From contig JASFQK010000042.1 in the NCBI GenBank assembly GCA_050115495.1, positions 1-58,511 of the forward strand: a DNA stretch of 58,511 nucleotides, given 5' to 3'. This DNA is from Phycisphaerae bacterium (GTDB taxonomy: Bacteria > Planctomycetota > Phycisphaerae > UBA1845 > Fen-1342). The notes beneath the pieces are model-generated. The model worked only from the letters and a program-made list of their open reading frames with translations. It ran no database searches and was not told the DNA's origin. Positions 28,351 through 37,570 of this stretch are shown piece after piece. The position numbers and the translations under genes are program-made. Each line of letters starts with the position of its first letter. Positions within the stretch are counted from its first letter, which is position 1.

Positions 28351-28437
28351 GTTGAAAAAGGGGACTGGCTCCGAGCCCTGTGAACCGGACGAACGCCGGT
28401 ATCCGCTCGAGGCTCGGTGCCTATCCCCTTTTTCAAC
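28351..28437. repeat. REP/MITE-like inverted-repeat element, second copy
   Basis: GTTGAAAAAGGGGA...TCCCCTTTTTCAAC; ends match 8389-8474. Confidence 0.75.
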
Positions 28438-28460
28438 GCCAGCGCCGCAACCACCTGCGG

Positions 28461-29648
28461 CTACTTCGTCTCCCGGATCGCCGCCTCAAACCCCGGCAGC
28501 GCCCGTTCGATCGTCTTCCGCTCGACGCAGAACGCGATCCGCATGTACCCCGGTCGCCCGAAGCCCTTGCCCGGCACGACCAAAATTTTGTGCCGCAACA
28601 GCACCTCTGCGAAAGCCGCATCGTCCGCCAGCGGCGTCCGCGGAAACGCATACAACGCTCCGCCGGGCACGTGCAGGTCGTAGCCATACTCCCGCAGCGC
28701 CCCGCACAGCAGGTCGCGGTTCTGGCGGTAGAAATCGACGTCGCACAGCGCATCGGCGCAGCGGGCCACGATCCGCTGCATCAGCGCCGCCGCGTTCACG
28801 AAGCCCAGCGTCCGGTTCAGCATGGTCATCGCCGCCAGCACCACCTCGCGCTGCGGCACGGTGTGCGGCACGGCGATGTACCCGGCCCGCTCGCCGGCGA
28901 CGCTCAGGTCCTTCGAATAGCTCGACGTGATGATCGTCCGCGGGTAGTGCGCCACCAACGTCGGACACCAGTCGACATCGTAGATGATCCGCCGGTACGG
29001 ATCGTCCAGGGCCACGTAGATCGGATGCTCGGGGCTGTCGTGACGCGCCAGCACTGCGGCCAGCGCCCGGCAGCGCTCGTCGCTGTAGACCGCGCCGGTG
29101 GGGTTGTTCGGCGAGTTGATGATGATGGCCCGCGTCCGCGGCGTGATCGCCGCCTCGACCGCGGCCGGATCCGGCTGAAACTCGCCGTCCGTCTGGACCA
29201 GGACCATCTTCGCCCCGGCCTGCTCGATGTAGAACCGGTACTCCGGGAAGAACGGCGCCAGCACGATGATCTCGTCGCCGGGATTGCAGATCGCCCGCAG
29301 GATGACGTTCATCCCACCGGCGGCACCGCTGGTGATGATGATGTCGGGGGCCGCCAGATCCATCCGGTACTCGCGGCTGAGGAACCGGGCCACCGCCGCC
29401 CGCGTCTCCTCGAAGCCGATGTTCGGCATGTAACGGTGCAGCGCCGGCTCCCGCTCCTTCGCCACCGCTTCGAGCGCGGCGAAGAACGCCTCCGGCGGCC
29501 GGCCGTTCGGGTTACCCAGCGAGAAGTCGAAGACGTTCTCCGCCCCGAACTCAGCCTTCAGCCGCAAGCCCTTCTCGAACATCTCCCGGATAAACGAAGC
29601 CCCCTTCATGTCGGCGGCGACCTTCTCGGCGATGACTTGGACAGGCAT
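28461..29648 (-). CDS. PLP-dependent class I/II aminotransferase (aspartate aminotransferase-like)
   Basis: FDFSLGNP, INSPNNPTG, DDPY, SYSKDLSVAGERAGY and VVPGKGFG. Confidence 0.92.
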   Translation of the reverse strand: MPVQVIAEKVAADMKGASFIREMFEKGLRLKAEFGAENVFDFSLGNPNGRPPEAFFAALEAVAKEREPALHRYMPNIGFEETRAAVARFLSREYRMDLAAPDIIITSGAAGGMNVILRAICNPGDEIIVLAPFFPEYRFYIEQAGAKMVLVQTDGEFQPDPAAVEAAITPRTRAIIINSPNNPTGAVYSDERCRALAAVLARHDSPEHPIYVALDDPYRRIIYDVDWCPTLVAHYPRTIITSSYSKDLSVAGERAGYIAVPHTVPQREVVLAAMTMLNRTLGFVNAAALMQRIVARCADALCDVDFYRQNRDLLCGALREYGYDLHVPGGALYAFPRTPLADDAAFAEVLLRHKILVVPGKGFGRPGYMRIAFCVERKTIERALPGFEAAIRETK

Positions 29649-29882
29649 GGCGTTCCTCGCGAAGGTTCCGCGTGCCACCCGCCCGCGTCACCGCGGCGCC
29701 GCCGCACGCTACGTGTCACCCAGCAAGCGGCGCGCCACCGACCACCCGGCGGTCCCGCCCCGGGGCAGCAGCCAGCTTAGCGCGCCCAACCCAACCACGC
29801 CACCCGCCATCCAGCGCCCCGCAACCGCTCAAAATAACGATATTAATCATCGAAAATCAGACTTCACCGCGTACGACCAAAA

Positions 29883-29988
29883 GTGAAATTCTCTGCGCAT
29901 AACTTCATTGTCGACAAAAAGAGTGAAATTGACGAACGATTATTTCACTGTACACTCTTAGAGTGAAATCAATGACTATAAATTTCAA
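29883..29988 (+). promoter_or_regulatory. Three tandem inverted-repeat operators (GTGAAAT-N12-A(T/C)TTCA, 40-bp period) with an embedded sigma70-like promoter
   Basis: GTGAAAT at 29883, 29923 and 29963; right arms at 29902, 29942 and 29982; TTGACG(29929)-N16-TACACT(29951). Confidence 0.65.
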
Positions 29989-30025
29989 TGTGGTAGTCCC
30001 AGATTGAAGAGCGGCTTCTGTTTGG

Positions 30026-31183
30026 GTGACAACATCGATGCAACCTGAGCGAATCAGCGAGTTTAAGACGGGGCGCCTGCTGCCGATCCAATCCTGGCGG
30101 GGTAACGACTGGGCGTTTGTTCCCGATAACTTGCCGTCCGACTGGGCCATGCCCGAGCGGTTGTGGCCCCTCGTAGTAGAGGCGCGCGCCGTACTCGGTC
30201 GGTTCGACGGCATCGCTGCCACGCTCCCCAGCCCCCGCCTGCTGCTTCGCCCCCTGCAGCGGCGCGAAGCTCTCCGTTCGAGCAGCCTCGAAGGTACGTA
30301 CGTCAAACCCCAGGAGCTACTCTTATTCGAGGCCGAAGGCAAAAAAGACCCTGGGGGCTCGCCGCGTACTGCCGACTGGGTGGAGGTATTCAACTACGAT
30401 CGCGCGATGCGGCTAGGCGAGCGACGGATCAGAAACGGCGCTCCCTTGAACGGCGCCCTCATCCTCGCCCTTCATCGCGTACTGCTGGAAGACGTACGTG
30501 GCGAAGACAGAAGTCCGGGCCAGTTTCGCCAGAAGCAGGTCCATGTCGGTACCGACCGTCGCTACAACCCGCCACCGCCCGAGGAGATCCCCCGCTGTTT
30601 GGCCAACCTGGAGCAATACCTGCTCAGTGAGGACCAGCCAGATCCCCTCCTGAGAGCGTTCATTGCGCACTACCAATTCGAGGCAATCCACCCGTTTCTT
30701 GACGGCAATGGGCGCATCGGCCGCGTGGTCCTGTCACTGACGGTATACAAGTGGCTAGGCCTGTCCAGACCCTGGCTATACCTGAGCGAGTTCTTCGAGC
30801 GGCACCGCGACGACTACGTAACACGGCTGTTTCGCGTCAGCACGCACGGTGAGTGGGAGGAGTGGGTGGAGTTCTGTCTCAAAGGCACCATTGAGCAGAC
30901 GCTCACGTCCATCAAGCGGTGTAACGAATTGCGCGCCTTGCGCCGCAAGTATCTCGCCACGCCTGGCGCACAAGGTCCGCGCATGAGCCGAATCATCGAG
31001 CGGTTATTTTCCTCACCCTTGCTGCGGATCGTGGACGTCAAGAATGACTTCAGCGTCTCGTACGCCACGGCAAAGGCTGACGTGCGGAAGCTCGTTGAAG
31101 AAGGGATACTGGATGTACTGCCAGACACCTACCCCAAGGCCTTCATCGCTCCACGAATCGTGGAGATTGCCTATGTCGACTGA
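30026..31183 (+). CDS. Fic-family protein (Fic_N + Fic + C-terminal HTH)
   Basis: HPFLDGNGRIGR catalytic motif; N-terminal SSSLEG inhibitory motif; AT-rich upstream region. The start may be ATG 30038. Confidence 0.93.
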   Translation: MTTSMQPERISEFKTGRLLPIQSWRGNDWAFVPDNLPSDWAMPERLWPLVVEARAVLGRFDGIAATLPSPRLLLRPLQRREALRSSSLEGTYVKPQELLLFEAEGKKDPGGSPRTADWVEVFNYDRAMRLGERRIRNGAPLNGALILALHRVLLEDVRGEDRSPGQFRQKQVHVGTDRRYNPPPPEEIPRCLANLEQYLLSEDQPDPLLRAFIAHYQFEAIHPFLDGNGRIGRVVLSLTVYKWLGLSRPWLYLSEFFERHRDDYVTRLFRVSTHGEWEEWVEFCLKGTIEQTLTSIKRCNELRALRRKYLATPGAQGPRMSRIIERLFSSPLLRIVDVKNDFSVSYATAKADVRKLVEEGILDVLPDTYPKAFIAPRIVEIAYVD

Positions 31184-31206
31184 GCTGCGGCCCCGCCGGA
31201 TTCGGC

Positions 31207-31797
31207 CTATTCCGGCTCGGCGGCGCGGATGAGGGTGTAGTCGATGCGGAAGCCGCCGGGGGCGTCCGGATCCTGGACGAACGTGAAGATCAGCGTGTCG
31301 CCGCACTCATAGTCCACGCCGATGATCTTCTCGATCCCCAGCGCCGTGCCCGCCGTGGGCACCGCCGCCAGGTCCGAATCCACAGGCTGATCGGAGAAGT
31401 ACACATCGTCGTTGAAGGCGTCCGCGTCGAAGCCGGTGACGTTGTCCGCGTCGGTGTCGACGACGCGCTGCCGGAACTCCTCCGTTCCGACGGCCATGTT
31501 CCGGCGGCAGGTCAACGACGAAGCGCTGCTGGTGTCGTGGGCTTCCAGTCGCAGTTGCACGAGCTGGGCCGTGCCCGGCGGGTTACGGTCCAGGGCGTCG
31601 TACGTGCCGAACGAGAACACCGCCCGGTAGTCGGTGTCGTTCACAAAGATGACGCTGATCGTCCCCGAGCGGTCCTCGGTTAGGTAAAACCAAAGAGCCG
31701 AAGAGCATCCCGCCCCCAGCGTCAGCACGCAGGCCAAACTTACCAGCCAGCCGACCGCGACCGTTCTTCGCACCATCGGGAACCACCTCTTGGGCAC
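31207..31797 (-). CDS. Hypothetical lipoprotein
   Basis: Signal peptide ending LTLGAGC; acidic mature region ending in a DYECGD motif. Confidence 0.7.
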   Translation of the reverse strand: MPKRWFPMVRRTVAVGWLVSLACVLTLGAGCSSALWFYLTEDRSGTISVIFVNDTDYRAVFSFGTYDALDRNPPGTAQLVQLRLEAHDTSSASSLTCRRNMAVGTEEFRQRVVDTDADNVTGFDADAFNDDVYFSDQPVDSDLAAVPTAGTALGIEKIIGVDYECGDTLIFTFVQDPDAPGGFRIDYTLIRAAEPE

Positions 31798-32109
31798 AAA
31801 TCGCCCCCGAAACGCACGCCGCCGGCCAGGCCGGCACCCTTCTTATCGGCCTTATCGGCACCACAATCCGCCCGAATCTTAGCCATAGCCCGGTGACCTG
31901 CCAACCCACGGCCCCCCTCCAGGCCCGTCTGCCCACGGTTCCTACGTTGACGGACATGGCCGGCGGCGAATAATGCTGAGGGCGCTATGGCTGCCGGACT
32001 ACAGGACGCTCCCCGTCGCGGATACAGTGTCGCGCGGGCAAAGCCGATATTCTTATCGGCTGCTGTTGCGGGCGCCGCCCCCGGCGCCACCAACCGAGAG
32101 AGGTGAACC

Positions 32110-33627
32110 GTGATACGTTGCTGCCTGCTGGTCGCGATGACGCTGGGCTGGCTCGGACAAGGCATAACCTGCCTGCCCTCCTCACTTTCCGACAGCTCAT
32201 CAGCCATTCCCACCACGCTCGGCGTCGCCATCCAGACGCCCACGGCTGACGGCACCCTTGGCCAGGGCACCGTGTTCGAGATCCGCTGGTCCGCCTACAA
32301 CGGCACCAGCCAGACCGCCACGGCCCGCCTGTACGTCGAGTCGCGCACGGACCTCTCGCAGGTCATCCTGGCTGACGCCGTGCCCGTGAGCGGCTCCGCC
32401 ACCTTCTCCACGCCCTGGGACACCTCCGACACCCTCGGCGGCCCCTACGTCATCTACGCCGAGATCACCGCCGGCACCGACACCCGCTCGATCACCGCCG
32501 ACGGCCAAATCACCATCGACGTTCCGCCGACGCTCACCTTTGACGAGCCCACCGAGCGAACCGAGTTCGCCGAGGGCGATACGCTCACCATCTCCTGGAC
32601 CGGCTTCGATCTCGAAGGTGACGGCCGTGTCACGCTCGGCCTCGACCCCGACAACGACCACGAAAGCGGAAACGAGGTCTTCATCTACGAAGGCGCCCTG
32701 CCCGCCGAGGAGGAAGACGAGGGCACCACCGATTGGAACGGCACCGACCTCGGCAGCGCGGACGTCGCCCTCGGCACCTACAACCTCTTCGCGATGCTCA
32801 GCGATGCCACCAACGACGACAGCTTCGTCGACGCTGGCGTCCAGATCGTCATCAGCAAGGCGGAAGAAGAAGAGGAAGAGGAAACCATCGGCCTCGCCAT
32901 CGTCGAGCCCGAGGATGACACCACCCTCTTCACCGGCGGCGCCTCGCCCCAGGTCGAGATCGAGTTCACCGTCAACCAGTTCGACGACGTTCTCATCGAT
33001 CTCAAGATCGACACCGACGACAACCACAGCAACGGCAACGAGACGACCATCCTCACCCAGCGCCTCATCGCCGGCGGCACCGAACGCGACACCTACACCT
33101 GGGACGGCACTTACACCGACGGCATCGCTCCGCCGAGCGGCCCTAATCCGCCCGCCGCCGGCATCTACAGCCTCTTCATCGTCAAGTACACCGGCAGCGG
33201 CGCCACCCCGGCCTCCGCCGAGGGCCCCGGCCTGATCTTCCTCCGCCGCACTAGCGAGACCGAACCGCTCATGGCCATCCTCGAGCCGGACACCCAGCAG
33301 AACATCACTGCCGGCGGCTACGTCACCATTAGCTGGCGCGACGATGACCCGGACGAGACGGCGACTATCCGCCTCGCCATTGACGACGACGACACGCCCG
33401 GCGAGGGCGAGGCCGGCAGCCCTACCGACATGGCCGAGCTAATCATCCTCGACGGCCGCGATGCTTCCGCCGACGGCGACCTCCAGGACAGCTACGTCTG
33501 GCAGGTCCCGAGTTCCCTCAAGCCGGGGTCGTATTACGTCTTCGGCTACGTCCTCGTCGGCAGCACCGTCCAGCAAATGACCGTCGGCCCGGCCCGAATG
33601 ATCATGCCGGACCCCGAGAATCCCTGA
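32110..33627 (+). CDS. Secreted acidic protein with repeated Ig-like modules
   Basis: GAGG RBS and signal-like N-terminus; repeated I.W...D....LD.D....GNE...W....G.Y units. Confidence 0.75.
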   Translation: MIRCCLLVAMTLGWLGQGITCLPSSLSDSSSAIPTTLGVAIQTPTADGTLGQGTVFEIRWSAYNGTSQTATARLYVESRTDLSQVILADAVPVSGSATFSTPWDTSDTLGGPYVIYAEITAGTDTRSITADGQITIDVPPTLTFDEPTERTEFAEGDTLTISWTGFDLEGDGRVTLGLDPDNDHESGNEVFIYEGALPAEEEDEGTTDWNGTDLGSADVALGTYNLFAMLSDATNDDSFVDAGVQIVISKAEEEEEEETIGLAIVEPEDDTTLFTGGASPQVEIEFTVNQFDDVLIDLKIDTDDNHSNGNETTILTQRLIAGGTERDTYTWDGTYTDGIAPPSGPNPPAAGIYSLFIVKYTGSGATPASAEGPGLIFLRRTSETEPLMAILEPDTQQNITAGGYVTISWRDDDPDETATIRLAIDDDDTPGEGEAGSPTDMAELIILDGRDASADGDLQDSYVWQVPSSLKPGSYYVFGYVLVGSTVQQMTVGPARMIMPDPENP

Positions 33628-33667
33628 GTTATCGGTCTGTAGCGGCCCAGAATCTTGATCACACGCC

Positions 33668-33720
33668 TTGACACCTTAAACCAAACGCGTCACAATGCCG
33701 AATGTTGTATGGCATACTAA
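33668..33720 (+). promoter_or_regulatory. feoAB promoter with a downstream palindromic operator
   Basis: TTGACA(33668)-N17-CACAAT(33691), followed by GTTGTATG-G-CATACTAA (33704-33720). Confidence 0.6.
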
Positions 33721-33774
33721 TCAAACGGCAGCGTAACTGTCACAAACGCTCGAACCGGTACCCGTGAGGCTTGT

Positions 33775-33999
33775 ATGTCGCTCGCCAGTGCCCCGATGCG
33801 GCGGGTCTTTCTCGTCAAAGGCGTTCGTCCCGGCAACCCCCTCAGCCATCGCCTTATGGAGATGGGCCTCATTGAGGGCACCGAAGTCCAGGTCATCGGA
33901 CGCGCTCCCCTCGGCGACCCGCTGCAAATCCGCCTCGGCGACTACGAGCTTTCCCTGAGATCCAGCGAGGCCGACCTCGTCGAGGTCGACGCCCTCTAG
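33775..33999 (+). CDS. feoA: Ferrous iron transport protein A
   Basis: RLMEMGLIEGTEV...RAPLGDP..I....YELSLR..EA. Confidence 0.93.
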   Translation: MSLASAPMRRVFLVKGVRPGNPLSHRLMEMGLIEGTEVQVIGRAPLGDPLQIRLGDYELSLRSSEADLVEVDAL

Positions 34000-34001
34000 G
34001 A

Positions 34002-36281
34002 TTGTGCCGGTCGCGACCACGCGGCGCCGGCGTGCGCCCCGCTGAGCGCGGGGATCCGACCGCACGGCAACTACCTTCGGCGACTATTTTGTCTCGCGAC
34101 CCCTCTGCCTCTGCTGAGCGTTCCCCCGACAGAACGTCCGTGTCCGCAGGCGCTGACGCCCGCACCGCCGTCGTCGCCCTCGTCGGCAATCCCAACACCG
34201 GCAAGACCACGCTCTTCAATGCCCTCACCGGCTTTCGCCGACAGGTCGCCAACTACCCCGGCGTAACGGTCGACGTCGGCCGCGGGCCGATTCGCGGCAT
34301 GCGCCGCCCCGCCGAGCTGCTCGACCTGCCGGGCACGTACAGCCTCGCCGCCGTCTCGCCCGACGAGATGGTCGTCTGTCACGCCCTGTGCGGCCGCCAC
34401 ACTCAACGGGCGCGCCCTGACGTGATCCTCGCCATCGCCGATGCCTCCAATCTCCGCCGAAATCTCTACCTCGTCAGCCAACTGCTCGACATCGGCCTCC
34501 CGGTCGTGATCGCCCTGAACATGGTGGACGTCGCCCGCTGGCGCGGCATCGAAGTCGACGCCGAGCAGCTCTCCCGCCGCCTGGGCGTGCCGGTCATCCC
34601 CGTCGTCGCCACCGAGCGCAAGACGGTCACCCCGCTGCTAGACGCCCTCGATGCAGCGATCGGCGGGCCCGCGCCGACGCAGCGCGTGTCGCTGCCGCCA
34701 GCCCTGGCCGGCGAAGCCGAAGCGGTGGCGGCGGCCGTCGACCATCACTGCTACGCAGAAAGCCTGCGCGTTCTGCTCGACCGCGACGGCCTCGCCGAAC
34801 AGGAATACGTCGCTCACGGCGGCTCCACGGAAACGCTCGCTTCCGCTCGTCGCCGCCTGCTCGATGCGGGCATCGACGGACCCGGCACCGAGGTGCGCGA
34901 ACGCTACGCGTGGATCAGCCGCATGCTCGACGGCGTCATCCAGCGCCCCGCCGAGCCACCCGTCACCTGGTCCGATCGCATCGACCGTGTGCTGACGCAC
35001 CGGCTGGCCGGGCTGGCCGCCCTGCTGGTCGTGCTGCTGCTCACGTTCCAAGCTGTCTTCTCCTGGGCCGGACCGCTCATGGACGGCATCGACTGGACCT
35101 TCGGTCAGCTCGGCGAACTCACCGCCACGATCGTCCCGGCGGGCGTCGTGCGCAGCCTGCTCGTCGACGGCATCATCGCCGGCGTGGGCGGCGTCATCAT
35201 CTTCCTGCCGCAGATCATCATCCTGTTCATCGTGATCTCGGTGCTCGAAGACTGCGGCTACCTCGCTCGCGCCGCCTTCATGGTCGACCGCATCATGCGT
35301 CTCTTCGGCCTGAGCGGCCGCTCCTTCATCCCCCTTCTCTCTGGCTTCGCCTGCTCGGTGCCCGCGATCATGGGCACACGCACCATCGCCGATCGCCGCG
35401 AGCGCTTCGTCACCATCCTCCTCATCCCACTGATGAGCTGCTCCGCGCGACTGCCTGTCTACGTGCTGCTCATCGCCGCCCTCGTTCCCCGCAACACTGC
35501 CCTTGGCGATTGGCTGCCCGCGCTCGTCATGCTCGCCATGTACCTTCTGGGTGTGATCGTAGCCTTGCCGGCGGCCTGGATGTTGAGGCGCACCGTTTTC
35601 GCCGGCCCCACACCGGGCTTCCTGATGGAGCTGCCCGCCTACCGTCTGCCGCGCCTCTCCGCCATCTGGCAGCGGACGTACCTCGCCGGTCGTAGCTTCG
35701 TCATCCGCGCCGGCACAATCATCCTGATCGTGAACCTGATCGTCTGGGCCCTGGGCTACTTCCCGCGCAGCGAGGCGACGCGTGCCGCCGTCGCCGCTCG
35801 CGCCAGCGCCGAAAGCTGGGACGCCTCACAGGAGAATGTGGAACTCGCCGGGGCGTACCTGCGCGAGAGCTATCTCGGCCGACTCGGCCAGGGAATCGAA
35901 CCGGTCATTGCGCCTCTCGGCTGGGACTGGCGCGTGGGTGTCGCCGCGCTCGCCTCCTTCCCGGCCCGCGAGGTGGTGGTGGCCACGTTGGGCACGATCA
36001 CGAACCTCGGCAGCGAAGAGGAGGCCGACTCGGCCTCATTGCAGCAGGCTCTGCGCGACATGCGCTGGGAGGGCACCAACCGCCCGGTCATCACGCTACC
36101 GGTCGCGCTGTCGATCATGGTCTTTTTCTCGCTCTGCGCGCAGTGCTCGGCGACGCTGGTGACCATCGGCCGCGAGATGCGCTCATGGCGCTGGCCGGTC
36201 GCCGTTTTCATTTGCCTGACCGCACTGGCGTATCTGGCGGCGTGGGGCACTTCCGCTGGTGCCTCGGCGCTCGGACTGTAG
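34002..36281 (+). CDS. feoB: Ferrous iron transport protein B
   Basis: GNPNTGKTT, VANYPGVT, DLPGTYSL, NMVD, LEDCGYLARAA and CSARLPVY. The true start is probably later (e.g. GTG 34140). Confidence 0.95.
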   Translation: MCRSRPRGAGVRPAERGDPTARQLPSATILSRDPSASAERSPDRTSVSAGADARTAVVALVGNPNTGKTTLFNALTGFRRQVANYPGVTVDVGRGPIRGMRRPAELLDLPGTYSLAAVSPDEMVVCHALCGRHTQRARPDVILAIADASNLRRNLYLVSQLLDIGLPVVIALNMVDVARWRGIEVDAEQLSRRLGVPVIPVVATERKTVTPLLDALDAAIGGPAPTQRVSLPPALAGEAEAVAAAVDHHCYAESLRVLLDRDGLAEQEYVAHGGSTETLASARRRLLDAGIDGPGTEVRERYAWISRMLDGVIQRPAEPPVTWSDRIDRVLTHRLAGLAALLVVLLLTFQAVFSWAGPLMDGIDWTFGQLGELTATIVPAGVVRSLLVDGIIAGVGGVIIFLPQIIILFIVISVLEDCGYLARAAFMVDRIMRLFGLSGRSFIPLLSGFACSVPAIMGTRTIADRRERFVTILLIPLMSCSARLPVYVLLIAALVPRNTALGDWLPALVMLAMYLLGVIVALPAAWMLRRTVFAGPTPGFLMELPAYRLPRLSAIWQRTYLAGRSFVIRAGTIILIVNLIVWALGYFPRSEATRAAVAARASAESWDASQENVELAGAYLRESYLGRLGQGIEPVIAPLGWDWRVGVAALASFPAREVVVATLGTITNLGSEEEADSASLQQALRDMRWEGTNRPVITLPVALSIMVFFSLCAQCSATLVTIGREMRSWRWPVAVFICLTALAYLAAWGTSAGASALGL

Positions 36282-37564
36282 ACCGCGAGCGGGCCCTCTG
36301 CATTCACGACTTTCGCCGCCCGTTGCCGCACGTAGCTGCACGCCCGCGCGAACTGCCACACGTTGTTAACCGCCGCACTGACCAGCAACCCCGCCGCCAG
36401 CACTAGCGCCGCCCGTCGCCAGCGTGTCCGCACCGACCACGCCGCCAGCACGACCAGCAGCGGCCCATAGTGCGCCGCGTACGTGAACGTCTCCAACCCG
36501 TACAGAAGATGCAATACAAGCTGCCCACCCAGCACGATGCCCAGCGCCACCCTCAACCGCCGACATTCCCGCGTCGTCACCGCCCCCCAGATCCCCAATC
36601 CCAGCAGCACGACCCACAACGCGATCGCCACGGCCCCGAACGGCGTACCCGTCCCCGGCCACGAGTGTTGCACGCTGAGCACCGCCCGCGCCCCCTTTTC
36701 ATACCGCGGCACCGTCCCCAACGCCGGCATGACCATCGAATGACTGAGGAAAGCCACCAGCACGCGCCCAGGTCCGCCAGCATCCGCGTGCAGGACGTAT
36801 TCTGTCTCCTCCCACGAAAACGGCACAACCACCGTCGACGGAAACACCTGTTGCTGCCACGCCAGCAGCATCATGCCCATCCCGCCGGCGATGAGCACGA
36901 TGCCCACCGCCCGCCGCCACGGCCACCGGCACGCCGTCACCACCAGCCCCGCCAGCACATTCGTGATCGTGAACGCAAATGTCAGCAGCAAAGCGGCAAC
37001 ATCCCACACCGGCAAGCGCCATCGCGGCCCCTCGCGCGTCAGCAGCGCCAGCGCCAACAACATACTCAACAGCCCAAACGGATACGTCTCGGGCACCGCA
37101 AACCAGAACATCGCCCCCGCACTGCACGCCCCGAGCAGACTGAACAACGCCGCATCCAGCCGCCGCCAGCCCCCGCCCCGCAGCAACCCATACAACAGCG
37201 CCAGACACACCCCCGCGATCACCGCCCGCACCAGCCGCGCCGCCACCAGCGGCTCGCTCCCCGCCGCCCGCAGCGCCGCCACCGGCGGATACACCAACAA
37301 CGCCAGCAACGGATGCACCGCCGACCGGGCATGCACGCTGTGCGGATCGGTCAGATTGTCGAAGACCCGTGGGCAATCCCCCTCGAACCACACGTCGGCC
37401 ACGCCGGCATCCACCAGCAGACCGTCCACGCAGAGCGACCCGAACCAGCAGCCGACGAAGGCGCCGATAGCCAGCAGCAGGGCCACGCCCCAGTCGTACC
37501 ACGCCCCACGCCCCGCATCGGGCGGGGCCGGCGACGCGGGCTGCGGTGCCGCCGGCGATGCCAA
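35870..37564 (-). CDS. Multi-pass membrane protein (possibly GT-C-like); the open frame runs ~410 bp into the feoB 3' end
   Basis: Many TM segments, HPLL and VPETYPF motifs. The last ~137 codons are antisense to feoB. Confidence 0.65.
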   Translation of the reverse strand: MASPAAPQPASPAPPDAGRGAWYDWGVALLLAIGAFVGCWFGSLCVDGLLVDAGVADVWFEGDCPRVFDNLTDPHSVHARSAVHPLLALLVYPPVAALRAAGSEPLVAARLVRAVIAGVCLALLYGLLRGGGWRRLDAALFSLLGACSAGAMFWFAVPETYPFGLLSMLLALALLTREGPRWRLPVWDVAALLLTFAFTITNVLAGLVVTACRWPWRRAVGIVLIAGGMGMMLLAWQQQVFPSTVVVPFSWEETEYVLHADAGGPGRVLVAFLSHSMVMPALGTVPRYEKGARAVLSVQHSWPGTGTPFGAVAIALWVVLLGLGIWGAVTTRECRRLRVALGIVLGGQLVLHLLYGLETFTYAAHYGPLLVVLAAWSVRTRWRRAALVLAAGLLVSAAVNNVWQFARACSYVRQRAAKVVNAEGPLAVYSPSAEAPAEVPHAARYASAVRQMKTATGQRHERISRPMVTSVAEHCAQSEKKTMIDSATGSVMTGRLVPSQRMSRRACCNEAESASSSLPRFVIVPNVATTTSRAGKEASAATPTRQSQPRGAMTGSIPWPSRPR

Positions 37565-37570
37565 GGTAGC

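Noticed and set aside
31841..32060. GCCGATA(A/T) motifs as sigma28 promoters or a c-di-GMP riboswitch between the divergent exported-protein genes
   Set aside because: No correctly spaced TAAA -35 element, and the GEMM core (GGCAAACC..GAAA..GGACGCAAAGC) is not matched.
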